Shown one piece after another: positions 38,358 through 49,122 of a DNA stretch of 64,000 nucleotides (position 1 is the stretch's first letter; the number at the start of each line of letters is the position of its first letter). Under the pieces are notes generated by a model. It was not told the DNA's origin. It made no database searches and worked only from the letters and a program-made list of their open reading frames with translations. This DNA is from Spirochaetia bacterium. GTDB taxonomy: Bacteria; Spirochaetota; Spirochaetia; SZUA-6; Bin103. The stretch is from NCBI GenBank assembly GCA_965203905.1, contig CBDBDQ010000005.1:960001-1024000 (forward strand). The letters run 5' to 3'. A program made the position numbers and the translations under genes.

Positions 38358-40268
38358 TCACGCCGGACCCCGCCGCCGGGACGCCGCCCGCGCGGCAATC
38401 ACGGACCCGCCCGATCGCGTGACCTCCCCGGGCCCCGCCGCAGCGTCCCCGTGGCCGCCCGCAACGGCTTGCGCCGCAGATTCGTGAGCCACCGCCACGC
38501 CGCTCCCGGCCTCGGCAACGCCGGTGGACGCCAAGGGGGCGTGCCCGGCACGGCGGTGTGCAATGCAGGCTTGAACGAAGCCGTGAAACAGCGGATTCGG
38601 ATTCGCCGGGCGGCTGGTGAACTCGGGATGGAACTGCACCCCGATGAAGAAGGGATGCTGCGGCAGCTCGGCCACCTGCACGATCGGCTGCCCGGGCGCC
38701 CAGCCGGAGAAGACCATGCCGTTGTCCTCGAACACCTTGCGATACCACGGATTGAACTCGTAACGGTGGCGGAAGCGTTCATCCGCCCGCAACGCGCCGT
38801 ACAGCTCGGCGACCCGCGACCCCTCCTGCAGCGCCACCGCGTGCCGGCCCAGACGCATCGAGCCGCCGATGCCCTCGATCTCGTACTGCTCCGGCAGCAG
38901 GCAGACGACCGGATCGGTGGTGCCGGCGTCGTTTTCCGTGGTGTTGGCGTGCCCCATGTCGCAGCACTCGCGGGCGTACTCCACCATCGCCGCCTGGAAG
39001 CCGTAGCAGATTCCCAGCATTGGCAGGCCGCTGGTGCGGGCGTGGGTGATGCAGGAAATCTTGCCCTCCCAGCCGCGGCGCCCGAAGCCGCCCGGCACGA
39101 TCAGACCGTCCAGCTTGCCGAGCTGCGCCATGGCAGCTTGCAGGCGCTCGTCACGCCCGCCGGCGTGCTCGACGGCGTCGGACGACACGTCTACCACCTC
39201 CACCGTGACCCCGCTGGCGCAGCCGGCGTGCTCCAGTGCGCTGAGAATGCTGGCGTAGGTGTCGCGCGGTCCCAGGTACTTGCCGGCCAGGCCCACCACC
39301 ACCCGCTCCGTCGCACTGGTCAGCCGCTGCAGGTAGCTCGCAAGGTTTACGCGCGGGCGCCGCGGGCGGAGCGGCAGATCGAAGTAGCGCAGCGTCAGCT
39401 CGTCGACGTTCTGCGACGCCAGATGGGGCAGTACCTGGTAGACCGACTTCTGGGTGTGCAGATCGATCACGTTGCGCTCCGGCAGGCGCAGGCGCTGCGC
39501 CAGCTTGCGCAGCACCCCGCGCTCCACCGGATTCTCGCTGCGGCACACCAGCATGTGCGGCTTGACGCCCATCTGCATCAGCATCTGGGTGCCGTGCTGA
39601 GCCGCCTTGCTCTTCTGTTCGTTCAGATGCGATGCCTCGATGATCCACGCCAGGTTGATGAAGAACACGTTGCGCTCGCCCTCCTGGTAGGCGAGCTCGC
39701 TCATCGCCGAGAGGTAGGGCCGGTTCTCCTCGTCGCCCACCGTGCCGCCGATCTCCACCAGGGTGATGTCGGCCCGGTAGGCCAGCGACGACTCGCGCAC
39801 GAAGCGGATCACCTCACCGGTAACGTGGGGGTAGAACTGGACGTCGGAACCGGAAAACTGGCCGCTGCGTTCCAGCTCGTTGATGCGCCGCGCCAGGCGC
39901 CCGTTGGTGAAGATGTTGTACTCCGACAGGCTCTTGTCGACGAAGCGCTCATAGGTGCCGATGTCCATGTCGCACTCGGTGCCGTCGTCGAGCACGAACA
40001 CCTCGCCGTGGCGGTACGGGCTCAGCGTACCGGCGTCCTCGTTGAAGTAGCCGTCCATCTTGATCAGGTTGGTGCGATAGCCGCGCTCCTCCAGGAGCAC
40101 CGCGAGGCCGGCCGAGAACACTCCCTTGCCGAGGCCGCTGATTACGCTGCCGGTGACGATGATGAACCTGGTCTGGCCGGGGCGATAGCCGGGCGGCTGA
40201 ATCGAGTACTCCTCGCCGGGATCGGAGCGGCCGCTCAAGGCCAGCAGGGCGTCGGGAATGCGCGTCAC
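38358..40268 (-). CDS. pyrG: CTP synthase
   Basis: VTGSVISGLGKG, HGEVFVLDDG.ECDMD, EIGGTVGD, VPGGFG, GICYG, RHRYEFN, QFHPEF. Confidence 0.96.
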   Translation of the reverse strand: MTRIPDALLALSGRSDPGEEYSIQPPGYRPGQTRFIIVTGSVISGLGKGVFSAGLAVLLEERGYRTNLIKMDGYFNEDAGTLSPYRHGEVFVLDDGTECDMDIGTYERFVDKSLSEYNIFTNGRLARRINELERSGQFSGSDVQFYPHVTGEVIRFVRESSLAYRADITLVEIGGTVGDEENRPYLSAMSELAYQEGERNVFFINLAWIIEASHLNEQKSKAAQHGTQMLMQMGVKPHMLVCRSENPVERGVLRKLAQRLRLPERNVIDLHTQKSVYQVLPHLASQNVDELTLRYFDLPLRPRRPRVNLASYLQRLTSATERVVVGLAGKYLGPRDTYASILSALEHAGCASGVTVEVVDVSSDAVEHAGGRDERLQAAMAQLGKLDGLIVPGGFGRRGWEGKISCITHARTSGLPMLGICYGFQAAMVEYARECCDMGHANTTENDAGTTDPVVCLLPEQYEIEGIGGSMRLGRHAVALQEGSRVAELYGALRADERFRHRYEFNPWYRKVFEDNGMVFSGWAPGQPIVQVAELPQHPFFIGVQFHPEFTSRPANPNPLFHGFVQACIAHRRAGHAPLASTGVAEAGSGVAVAHESAAQAVAGGHGDAAAGPGEVTRSGGSVIAARAASRRRGPA

Positions 40269-41497
40269 GCGGCGCTGACCTGCAGCACGTGCTTGAGCTT
40301 GTTGCCGTAGTAGGAGGCAAGGTGCGGGTGGTGCACGAAAATCTCCCGGTCATCGTACTCCAGCGTCATGTAGGACTTCGACGGGATGATCGGCACGTCC
40401 GGAAAATTGTAGATCTTCACCGTGCGGGCCAGCATTTCTTCCAATGAAAGGCGGCGGCGCTCGGCAGTGTACAGCGGTGACGTGTCCAGTCCATAAGCCT
40501 CGATCCGTTCCAGGTTGGCTGTCACCCGGTCCTCCAATTCCTCACGGCTCATCTTGTAGCGGTCGTCCAGCGACGCGAACACCAGGGTGCTCTCGTATAC
40601 CCGCATCAGCTTGCCCATTTGTTCCCGCACCAGGGCCGCCATCTCGCGCGCCCGCGGGGCACGGTCAATCGGAATCCCTTCGCCGAAGCGAATCAGGACC
40701 CGCGAACGCTGATCGCGGATGCGCCGGGCAAAGGGCATCTTCATGAACGCGTAGTAGTGGTCGTACACGTACTTGGCGAACTTGCTCTTGCGCGAGCGTG
40801 CCTGGTACTCGCGGAACACGATGTCCTCGGGAATCCGTTCATAGGAGATGTTCACCGGCACGTACCGGGCGTTCTCGATCTGCAACTGGCGCACCGCGGT
40901 GCGCAACACCAGGAACACGTAGGGTGACAGGTCGGCAAACTCTCCCGAGTAGGAGCGCCCGTACTTTACCTCGCCGGTGACACGGTCCGGCTCGTAGCCC
41001 GGGAAGATCATCAGGTGCAGGCCCTCGGCCAGCACCTTCTTGATTTGCTCCAGGTACATCTTGTTGTACTGCTCCTTGGTGAGCACGAAGGGCTTGGTGC
41101 CCAGCACTTTCAGCAGCAGGTTGGCCAGCCAGTGCCTGGCGTAGAACGAGCGCCGGTCGCGAATCATCATGAACGCCCCGCACTTGCGCAGGAAGGTGTC
41201 CACCGGACCGACGTACAGGTTCTCACCGGCCTGAATCGCGGTGCGGATGTAGCGCTGCGCCAGATAGGTCTGCAGCAGCATCCAGTCGTACTCGCTCTGG
41301 TGGTTGGGAATGAAGATGAGCTGGTGACCGGCGCGCGCCTGTTCATGCACCGCGTCGAGGCCCTCGATCTCGACCCCGGTGAAACAGTTGCCGAACAGGA
41401 TCACCTCCACCGTGTTGGCGGTGTTGACCACGTAACGGTCGCTGCGCCGGTGGTGCAGCAGATGCAGGATCTCGTCCGCCGACAGATCTTGTCTCAT
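40265..41497 (-). CDS. Glycerolipid acyltransferase (PlsB/PlsC superfamily)
   Basis: FIPNHQSEYD (HxxxxD), AGENL, GAFMMIR, GRSYSG, VPVNISYE. Confidence 0.8.
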   Translation of the reverse strand: MRQDLSADEILHLLHHRRSDRYVVNTANTVEVILFGNCFTGVEIEGLDAVHEQARAGHQLIFIPNHQSEYDWMLLQTYLAQRYIRTAIQAGENLYVGPVDTFLRKCGAFMMIRDRRSFYARHWLANLLLKVLGTKPFVLTKEQYNKMYLEQIKKVLAEGLHLMIFPGYEPDRVTGEVKYGRSYSGEFADLSPYVFLVLRTAVRQLQIENARYVPVNISYERIPEDIVFREYQARSRKSKFAKYVYDHYYAFMKMPFARRIRDQRSRVLIRFGEGIPIDRAPRAREMAALVREQMGKLMRVYESTLVFASLDDRYKMSREELEDRVTANLERIEAYGLDTSPLYTAERRRLSLEEMLARTVKIYNFPDVPIIPSKSYMTLEYDDREIFVHHPHLASYYGNKLKHVLQVSAA

Positions 41498-41526
41498 GGG
41501 CAGGGCGTGAACGTGGCCAGCGTCGG

Positions 41527-42834
41527 CTACCAGTAGCTGGCGATCAGGTTCTCGAACTGCTCCTGACGCCCCGATGAGGGCCGCGGCTCGCCGGCCTCGA
41601 GCACCCACCGCTCGAGCTCGCCGAAACCGACCGCGCCGCGCTCGACCTGGGCCCCGATGCCGGCGTCGAAACTGGCGTAGCGCGCCCGCCGCCACTCATC
41701 CAGAGTGCCCTCGGCGAGAATGCGCTCGGCGATCAGCAGGCCGCGCGCGAACGCGTCGATGCTGCCCACGTGGGCGGCGAACATGTCCCTGACGTCCGTC
41801 GACTCGCGCCGCAGCTTGGCGTCGAAGTTGAACCCGCCCGGCGCGATGCCGTCCTGGCGCAGCACGATCAGCATCACGGCGCTGGTGATGGCGAGATCCA
41901 GGTTGAACTGGTCGGTGTCCCAGCCGATCAGTGGATCGCCGGTGTTGGCGTCGATCGATCCCAGTAGGCCGGCGTCGGAAGCGGTCTGCAGCTCGTGGGC
42001 GAAGGTGTGGCCGGCCAGCGTGGCGTGGTTGCACTCGAGGTTGAGCTTGAACTGGTCGAGTCCGTAGCCGCGCAGGAAGCTGAGCACGGCCGCCGCGTCG
42101 AAGTCGTACTGGTGGGTGGTAGGCTCCTTCGGCTTCGGCTCGATCAGCAGGGTACCGGTGAAGCCGAGTTCGCGCCGGTAGTCGGCCGCCATCTGCAGGA
42201 AGCGCGCCAGATGCTCCTGCTCGCGCTTCATGTCGGTGTTGAGCAGCGTGGCGTAGCCCTCGCGGCCGCCCCAGAACACGTAATTTGCACCCCCCAGACG
42301 GTGCGTCACCTCGAGTGCCTTCTTCACCTGCGCCGCGGCGTAGGCGAAGACGTGGGCGTCCGGGTTGGTGGCGGCCCCGTTCATGTAGCGCGGATTGGAG
42401 AACAGGTTGGCGGTGCCCCACAGCAGCCGGATGCCGGTGTCGCCCTGCAGCTCTTCCGCCAGATCCACGACCCGGTCGAGGTTGCGGTTGGTCTCGGCCA
42501 GCGTGGCCCCCTCGGGGGCGATATCGCGGTCGTGGAAGCAGTAGTAGCCGAGCCCGAGCTTCTGGATGAACGCGAACGCCAGGCGCATGCGGCGCAACGC
42601 GTTGTCCAGGGAGTCGCTGCCGTCATCCCAGGGACGCACCAGGGTGGGCAGCCCGAAGGGATCCATCCCGCTGCCGCGGAAGGTGTGCCAGTAGGCCACG
42701 GAGAAACGGAAGTGCTCCGCCATGGTCTTGCCGGCGACCACCCGCTCCGGCTCGTAGTAGCGGTAGCTGAGCGGGTCGCGGGAATCGGGACCTGCGTAAC
42801 GGATCGGATCGATGTCGGCGAAGTAGTCTTCCAT
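41527..42834 (-). CDS. xylA: Xylose isomerase (class II)
   Basis: [65 protein letters not shown]. Confidence 0.97.
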   Translation of the reverse strand: MEDYFADIDPIRYAGPDSRDPLSYRYYEPERVVAGKTMAEHFRFSVAYWHTFRGSGMDPFGLPTLVRPWDDGSDSLDNALRRMRLAFAFIQKLGLGYYCFHDRDIAPEGATLAETNRNLDRVVDLAEELQGDTGIRLLWGTANLFSNPRYMNGAATNPDAHVFAYAAAQVKKALEVTHRLGGANYVFWGGREGYATLLNTDMKREQEHLARFLQMAADYRRELGFTGTLLIEPKPKEPTTHQYDFDAAAVLSFLRGYGLDQFKLNLECNHATLAGHTFAHELQTASDAGLLGSIDANTGDPLIGWDTDQFNLDLAITSAVMLIVLRQDGIAPGGFNFDAKLRRESTDVRDMFAAHVGSIDAFARGLLIAERILAEGTLDEWRRARYASFDAGIGAQVERGAVGFGELERWVLEAGEPRPSSGRQEQFENLIASYW

Positions 42835-42939
42835 GGACGCCCTCCCGACCCTACGGCAATCGGCGCCCCGGCGTCTACCCCGCGGCGCCGCTTCGGGGCT
42901 GTTGCCAGCGTGCCCGGACAGGCTACAATCGGCGCCGCC

Positions 42940-43980
42940 ATGCCATTGGTACCGATGCGCGTCCTACTCGATCATGCCGCCGAAAACGACTACGGACTGG
43001 CGGCCTTCAACGTCAACAACATGGAACAGATCCAGGCGATCATGGAGGCGGCCGCCAACACCGAGTCGCCGGTCATCATCCAGGCCTCGCGCGGCGCGCG
43101 CAGCTACGCCCAGGACGCGTACCTGCGCCACCTGATGCTGGCGGCGGTAGAGCTGTATCCGCAGATCCCGGTCGCCATGCACCAGGATCACGGCAACAGC
43201 CCGGCCACCTGCCGCAGCGCCATCCAGCAGGGGTTCACCTCGGTGATGATGGACGGCTCGCTGGCCGAGGATGCCAAGACCACCACCGACTACGACTACA
43301 ACGTGCGCGTGACGCGCGAGGTGGTAGGGGTGGCCCATGGCCGGGGAGTTACCGTGGAGGGCGAGATCGGCGTCCTCGGATCGCTGGAGACCGGCATGGG
43401 CGACAAGGAGGATGGCCACGGCGCCGAGGGCGCCCTGACCCGCGAGCAGCTCCTGACCGATCCGGACGAGGCCGAGCAGTTCGTGGCCGAGACCGGGGTG
43501 GACGCCCTGGCGGTGGCGATCGGCACCAGCCACGGCGCCTACAAGTTCTCGCACCAGCCGGACGGGGAAGTGCTGGCCATGGCCCGCATCGAGGAGATCC
43601 ACCGGCGGCTGCCCAACACCCACCTGGTGATGCACGGCTCCTCCTCGGTGCCGCAGCACCTGCAGGACCTGGTCAACGCCTACGGCGGCGCCATCCGCCA
43701 GACCTGGGGCGTGCCGGTGGAGGAGATCCAGCGCGGCATCCGCCACGGGGTACGCAAGATCAACGTCGACACCGACAACCGGCTGGCGATGACGGGGGCG
43801 ATCCGCAAGGCGCTGCACGAGGACACCGCCGGCTTCGATCCGCGCGACCTCCTCAAGGCCGCCCGCGCCGCGATGCAGGAGGTGTGCGAGGCGCGCATGA
43901 CCGCCTTCGGCCAGGCCGGCAACGCTCCCCGCGTACCGCAGGTGACGCTGGAACAGATGGCGCAGCGCTACGACTCGTAA
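42940..43980 (+). CDS. fba: Fructose-bisphosphate aldolase class II
   Basis: [46 protein letters not shown]. Confidence 0.96.
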   Translation: MPLVPMRVLLDHAAENDYGLAAFNVNNMEQIQAIMEAAANTESPVIIQASRGARSYAQDAYLRHLMLAAVELYPQIPVAMHQDHGNSPATCRSAIQQGFTSVMMDGSLAEDAKTTTDYDYNVRVTREVVGVAHGRGVTVEGEIGVLGSLETGMGDKEDGHGAEGALTREQLLTDPDEAEQFVAETGVDALAVAIGTSHGAYKFSHQPDGEVLAMARIEEIHRRLPNTHLVMHGSSSVPQHLQDLVNAYGGAIRQTWGVPVEEIQRGIRHGVRKINVDTDNRLAMTGAIRKALHEDTAGFDPRDLLKAARAAMQEVCEARMTAFGQAGNAPRVPQVTLEQMAQRYDS

Positions 43981-44002
43981 CGCGGCGACCGCCTAGCCGT
44001 CG

Positions 44003-45094
44003 TCAGCCGCCGGCGTGGCGGCGCAGTTGGCCGCAGGCGGCAGCCACTTCCTGGCCTTTTTCCTTGCGCACCGTGACCGGGACGGCGGCGGCGCGCAGCA
44101 CTTGTGCGAAGCCGTGGACGCGGCCTGACGACGGCCGCCGCAGCTGGTCCAGTTCGGGCACCGGATTGTAGGGGATCAGGTTGACCTTGGCCGGCGCGGG
44201 GCAACGCTCCCGCAGCAGTTGCGCCAGCCGCCGCGCCGCCTCTTCCGAGTCGTTGATACCCTCCAGCAGCACGTACTCGAAGGTCACCGTCCTGCCGGTG
44301 GAGCGCGCGTAGGCACCGGCGGCGGCGACTATCTCGGCCACCGGCCAGCGCCCCGAGGTAGGCACCAGCCGTTGCCGCAGCCGGTCGTCCGCGGCGTGCA
44401 GGCTGACCGCCAATCCTACCGGGAGCGCGAGTTGCGCCAGCCGCTCGATGCCGGGCACCAGCCCCACGGTGCTGACGGTAATGCGCCGGGCGCTGAAGCC
44501 GAACCCGTCGCCGGCGCACAGCAGTGCCAGCGCTCCGCTCAGAGCCGGGTAGTTGGCCAGTGGCTCGCCCATGCCCATGAACACCAGGTTGGTCAGCGGC
44601 CCCAGCTCGCGCTGCACGATCGCTACCTGGTCCACCATCTCGCCCGTGCTGAGGTTGCGCGCCAGACCCTGCAAGCCCGAGGCGCAGAACACGCAGCCCA
44701 TGGCGCAGCCCACCTGGCTGCTCACGCACACCGTGTGCCGCGCCCGCGGCCCGGGTCCGGCAGCGGACCGCGGCTCGTAGATCGACACCGTCTCCACCAG
44801 TTGTCCGTCACCGGCCTGGAGCAACAGCTTGCTGGTCATCCGGTCGCGGGAGACGGAGCGGCTGCGCTCGGTGAGACCGTAGGGGGTGAGATCCCGCTCC
44901 AGCCGTTCCCGCAGCGGCGCCGGCAGTTCCGACATGGCGGAAAACGAGGCCGTGTGGCGGCGGAACAGATGGCGTTGGATCTGGCGCGCGCGGTAGGCGG
45001 GAGCCCCGAGCGCGCGCAGGTAGTCGGTCCATTCCGCAGCGTCGAGGCCGGTGGCGGCGCGGCGTGGCGCGGGGGGCCCGGGGCTCTGCGCCAA
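44003..45094 (-). CDS. rlmN: 23S rRNA/tRNA C2-methyladenosine radical-SAM methyltransferase
   Basis: CVSSQVGCAMGCVFCASG, FMGMGEPL, SLHA, EYVLL, NLIPYN, AACGQL. Start approximate. Confidence 0.93.
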   Translation of the reverse strand: MAQSPGPPAPRRAATGLDAAEWTDYLRALGAPAYRARQIQRHLFRRHTASFSAMSELPAPLRERLERDLTPYGLTERSRSVSRDRMTSKLLLQAGDGQLVETVSIYEPRSAAGPGPRARHTVCVSSQVGCAMGCVFCASGLQGLARNLSTGEMVDQVAIVQRELGPLTNLVFMGMGEPLANYPALSGALALLCAGDGFGFSARRITVSTVGLVPGIERLAQLALPVGLAVSLHAADDRLRQRLVPTSGRWPVAEIVAAAGAYARSTGRTVTFEYVLLEGINDSEEAARRLAQLLRERCPAPAKVNLIPYNPVPELDQLRRPSSGRVHGFAQVLRAAAVPVTVRKEKGQEVAAACGQLRRHAGG

Positions 45095-45105
45095 TCGACA
45101 GGGCC

Positions 45106-46515
45106 TCAGCGGCGCGGGCGGTAGATGTGGGTGCTCTGGCCGAAGAACATGTCCGCGGCTTCCATCACCGTCTCGCTGAGGGTCGGGTGCGGATGAATCG
45201 ACAGCCGCAGGTCGGTGGCGAGGGCGGCCATCTCCACCGCCAGCACCCCCTCCGCGATCAGCTCCCCGGCGCCGGCGCCCACCACGCCCATCCCCAGCAC
45301 CCGTTCGTTGCCGGGATCGACCACCAGCTTGGTCAGACCGTCCGGGCGCCCCATGGTGGTGGCGCGGCCGGATGCCGCCCACGGGAACCGCAGCACGCTC
45401 ACCTCGCGGCCCTGCTCGCGCGCCGCGCTCTCGGTGAGCCCGCACCAGGCCACCTCGGGGTCGGTGAACACCACCGCCGGGATCGCCTGCGGTTCGAAGG
45501 CCACCTTCAATCCGGCGGCCGCTTCCGCGGCGGTGCGCCCCTCGTGGGTGGCCTTGTGCGCCAGGCCGGGCTCCCCCGCCACGTCGCCGATGGCGTACAC
45601 CCCCGCGTGCGAGGTCTCGCGTTTTTCGTCGGTGGGTATGAAGCCGCGCTGGTCGCAGGCGATGCCGAGCTGCTCCAGACCCAGCTCCTCCGTGTTGGGG
45701 GTGCGGCCCACGCTCATCAGCACCTTGTCGAAGGTCTCGGTGACCGCCCCGTCCGGCGTCGCCAGTGCGGCCGTGATGCCGGCGCCGGTCTCCTCCAGCG
45801 ACTCGACCCGGGTAGCGACGTACACCTTGGCGAAGCGTCCATCCAGTTGCCGCGCCAGCACCCCGGCAAGGTCACGGTCGGCGCCCGGCAGCAGCCCGGG
45901 GAGCATCTCCACCACCGTCACCCGGGAACCGAGCGCGGCGTAGACCGAGCCCAATTCCAGACCGATGTAGCCGCCGCCGATCACCAGCAGCGACGCGGGG
46001 ATGTCCGGCAGCTCCAGGGCGCTGGTGGAGTCCATCATCCGCTCGCTGTCCAGCCACAGCGACGGGACCCGCGCCGGCCGCGACCCGGTGGCGATGACCG
46101 CGTGATCGAAGCTCACGCTCTGGCGGCCGGCGCTGCCGGTTACCAGCAGCGTGCCCGGGCCGCTGAAGCGGGCACGGCCCTGCAGGTAATCGACCTTGCG
46201 CTGGGCGCTCAGGGTGCCCAGTCCGCCGGTCATCTTGCTCACCACGCCGTCCTTCCAGGACCGCAGCCGGTCGAGATCGATCCTGGGCTTGCCGAAGCGT
46301 ACTCCCCATTCGCGCGCCGCCTGCGCCTCGTGCAGCAGCTTGGCGACGTGCAACAGTGCCTTGGATGGGATGCACCCGCGATACAGGCACACCCCTCCGG
46401 GGTTGGGCTCGGCATCGATCAGGGTGACCCGCAGACCCTGGTCGGCGGCCATGAACGCCGCCGCGTAGCCGCCGGGGCCGGCGCCGATCACCGCCAGATG
46501 GGAACGATCCGCCAC
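45106..46515 (-). CDS. lpdA: Dihydrolipoamide dehydrogenase (E3)
   Basis: GAGPGGY, GGVCLYRGCIPSK, GGGYIGLE, HPHPTLSE. Confidence 0.97.
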   Translation of the reverse strand: MADRSHLAVIGAGPGGYAAAFMAADQGLRVTLIDAEPNPGGVCLYRGCIPSKALLHVAKLLHEAQAAREWGVRFGKPRIDLDRLRSWKDGVVSKMTGGLGTLSAQRKVDYLQGRARFSGPGTLLVTGSAGRQSVSFDHAVIATGSRPARVPSLWLDSERMMDSTSALELPDIPASLLVIGGGYIGLELGSVYAALGSRVTVVEMLPGLLPGADRDLAGVLARQLDGRFAKVYVATRVESLEETGAGITAALATPDGAVTETFDKVLMSVGRTPNTEELGLEQLGIACDQRGFIPTDEKRETSHAGVYAIGDVAGEPGLAHKATHEGRTAAEAAAGLKVAFEPQAIPAVVFTDPEVAWCGLTESAAREQGREVSVLRFPWAASGRATTMGRPDGLTKLVVDPGNERVLGMGVVGAGAGELIAEGVLAVEMAALATDLRLSIHPHPTLSETVMEAADMFFGQSTHIYRPRR

Positions 46516-46519
46516 CGCT

Positions 46520-47839
46520 TCAGCCCTCCAGCGCCAGCAGCAGCGGCTGCTCCAGAGCCTCCACCACCCAGCGCAGGAAGCGGATGCCGTCGGCGCCGTC
46601 GATCAGCCGGTGATCGTAGGTGAGCGACAGCGGCAGGCGCAGGCGCGGCACGAACTCACCGTCCTGCAAGACCGGCTCCCAGGCGGCGCGCGAGACGCCC
46701 AGAATCGCGACCTCGGGCGCGTTGACGATCGGCGTGAAGTGGGACCCGCCGATACCGCCCAGGTTGGAGATGGTGAAGGTCCCGCCCTGCATCTCCGCCA
46801 CCGTGAGCTTGCGGGCGCGGGCACGCGCGGAGATCTCGCCGAGGGAACGCGCGATTTCGACGATGTTCATCCGGTCGGCGTCGCGGATCACCGGGACCAG
46901 CAGGCCGCGCTCCGTGTCCACGGCGATGCCGATGTGGTAATAGCGCTTGTGCACCACCTCGGCACGCTGCAGGTCGACGCTGGCGTTGAACTGCGGAAAC
47001 AGCTTGAGGGCGGTGGCGACGACCTTTACCAGGATCGCGGTCACGGTGAGCTTGCCGCCGGCAGCCTCGGCGCGCGCGCCGTACTGCTTGCGCAGGCGTT
47101 CCAGCTCGGTGATGTCCGCCTTGTCCTGCTGGGTCACCGCGGGAATCGTCTGCCAGGCCGCCGTGAGGTGGGTGGCGGTGGTACGGCGCACGGCGTTCAT
47201 CGCGGTACGCTCGATCGGTCCCCACTGGGCGAAGTCGGGGAGCGGCGGCGCGGCCGGCAGGGCGCCGGCCGCGGGTGCCTGCAGCAACCGCTTGGCGGTA
47301 GCCTTTACGTCGTCGAGGAGAATGCGGCCGCCGGGCCCGGTACCGGCGACGGCATCGATGTCGACGCCGATCTCGCGCGCCAGGCGGCGCACGGCCGGGG
47401 TGGCCGGAATCGGGCGTGCAGCGGATGGCTCCTCGGCCGCGGCAGCCTCCGGTTGCGCCGCCGGCGGCGCGGGAGCGGGCGCCGGGTCCGGCGGCGGCGC
47501 CGTCCCCGCAGCGGAGCCGGCCGGTGGCGCGGGTGGATCCGGGGAGGCGGCGGCACTGGCGGAGTCGCCGCTGGCGGGCTCCGAGTCCGCGGACTCCGGA
47601 CTGGCAGACTCCAGACTGGCAATGGTATCACCCACGTTGATGGTGTCGCCCGCCTTGACGTGAATGGCGGTCACCACCCCGGCCTCAGGGGCGGGCACCT
47701 CCACTACCGCCTTGTCGGTCTCCAACTCCACCAACGGTGCGTCCTTCTCTACCTGGTCTCCGGGACTCACCAGCACGGCGGCCACGTCGCCGGCTTCTAT
47801 GTTTTCACCGAGTTCCGGAAGTCTGACGTCGATTGCCAT
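46520..47839 (-). CDS. aceF: Pyruvate dehydrogenase E2 (single lipoyl domain)
   Basis: ETDKAVVEVP lipoyl site, Ala/Pro linker, E3-binding domain, SLTYDHRLIDGA. Confidence 0.93.
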   Translation of the reverse strand: MAIDVRLPELGENIEAGDVAAVLVSPGDQVEKDAPLVELETDKAVVEVPAPEAGVVTAIHVKAGDTINVGDTIASLESASPESADSEPASGDSASAAASPDPPAPPAGSAAGTAPPPDPAPAPAPPAAQPEAAAAEEPSAARPIPATPAVRRLAREIGVDIDAVAGTGPGGRILLDDVKATAKRLLQAPAAGALPAAPPLPDFAQWGPIERTAMNAVRRTTATHLTAAWQTIPAVTQQDKADITELERLRKQYGARAEAAGGKLTVTAILVKVVATALKLFPQFNASVDLQRAEVVHKRYYHIGIAVDTERGLLVPVIRDADRMNIVEIARSLGEISARARARKLTVAEMQGGTFTISNLGGIGGSHFTPIVNAPEVAILGVSRAAWEPVLQDGEFVPRLRLPLSLTYDHRLIDGADGIRFLRWVVEALEQPLLLALEG

Positions 47840-48047
47840 CGATCCTCCGCCCACAGCACGGCGCACCTCCACCGTGCATGGAGCCGTTATCCGCGCGAAG
47901 ATAACACCGATAGCTCGCGATTGTCAGGTGTGGAAGGTGCCTGTGCCTGCTGTGCTGCTCACCAGTGCTCACCACAGGGACAAGGCAGCAGTGGGTCGTC
48001 GACTGCGACCTGGGAGGGGGCGTGGACCGCGTGAACCGCCGTGCGCG

Positions 48048-48992
48048 TCAATCGCCGTCGTCGTCGGACTGGGCCAGACGGCGCTCCAGTTCCGCGATGC
48101 GCTCCTCGGCGGCGGCAAGCTCGGCCCGTTGCCGCTCCAGCGCCGTGTCCTTTTCGGCCCGCTCTCGCGCCAGCGCCGCGTCCTTCTCGGCGAGCGCCGC
48201 TTCCTGTTCGGCCCGTTCTCGCGCCAGCGCCGCGTTCTCGCGCTTCATCCGCCCCCACGTCTCGGTGACCTCGTCCTCCAGCGCCATCGAGTCCGCCACC
48301 TCCACGCTCGCCACCGCTCCCTCCAGCCGCCGCAGTACCGGCCGGTAGTGCTCCGGTATCTCCCGCTCGTCCACCTCCAGCACGTGCCGGTCGCCCGGCA
48401 CCCGCAACTCCTGGTCGAACACGCTCAGCAGCCGCTCCAGGTCCGTCCTCCGCCGCGACGCCAGCAGCGGCACCTGCACCACCCAGCAGTCGTGGCTCAA
48501 CGCTTCCACGAACTCCTCCCGCTCGCTCAGCCGCTCCCCGCTCACCCCGTCCACGTACTCCCGCGCCACCCGCAGCACCGTCGCCGCCGTGCGCGGCAGG
48601 CACTCGCCCAGGATGTAGATCGCCCGCAGCGGCCGATGCCGCCGCCGCCCGTCCGTACCCACGTCGTAGTTGTCGCGGTCCGCGTAGTGCCGGCCCAGGT
48701 ACTCGCGAAACCGCATCACCTCGTCGGTGAAGCGCGCCTTCTGTACTTCCACCAGCACCCGCAGCCGCTCGCCGGCGACCGTGCGCACCGTCGCCGCGAA
48801 GTCCACCCGCCGCACCGTCAGCAGCTCCCCCGTCGGACCCGGCGGCGACGCGCGCACCGAGCTTTCCTGTGGCAGCGCCTGCAGGCTCTCCACCTCCTCG
48901 TCCAGCACCGCCCCGACCAACAGGCGGGCGGCTGCCTGATCGTCCATCAGGTACTTGAAGGCAGCGTCGTACATCGGGTTGGCGATGCGCAT
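48048..48992 (-). CDS. Rpn/PD-(D/E)XK nuclease-like protein with repetitive coiled-coil C-terminus
   Basis: IANPMYDAAFKYL, RVDF...VLVEVQK; tail repeats AALARERAE(Q/K). Confidence 0.75.
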   Translation of the reverse strand: MRIANPMYDAAFKYLMDDQAAARLLVGAVLDEEVESLQALPQESSVRASPPGPTGELLTVRRVDFAATVRTVAGERLRVLVEVQKARFTDEVMRFREYLGRHYADRDNYDVGTDGRRRHRPLRAIYILGECLPRTAATVLRVAREYVDGVSGERLSEREEFVEALSHDCWVVQVPLLASRRRTDLERLLSVFDQELRVPGDRHVLEVDEREIPEHYRPVLRRLEGAVASVEVADSMALEDEVTETWGRMKRENAALARERAEQEAALAEKDAALARERAEKDTALERQRAELAAAEERIAELERRLAQSDDDGD

Positions 48993-49050
48993 CGCTTCAC
49001 ATTAGCTCTCAGGCCGCAGGCCGGCAACAGGCTCGCTCTTGCTCATCTTG

Positions 49051-49089
49051 CTCACACAACGCTAACGGTTGCCTAACACGGCGCTAAGG
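49051..49089 (+). promoter_or_regulatory. Pho-box-like array (four hexamers, 11-bp period) upstream of the aquaporin
   Basis: CTCACA (49051), CTAACG (49062), CTAACA (49073), CTAAGG (49084); near-copy of the pstS array. Confidence 0.7.
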
Positions 49090-49122
49090 GAGGTTCGAGA
49101 CGCTGCCGGCTCCGGGATCCAC

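Noticed and set aside
47400-47620. Low-complexity repeats in aceF (and the similar LytTR linker)
   Set aside because: These are ordinary Ala/Pro-rich interdomain linkers.
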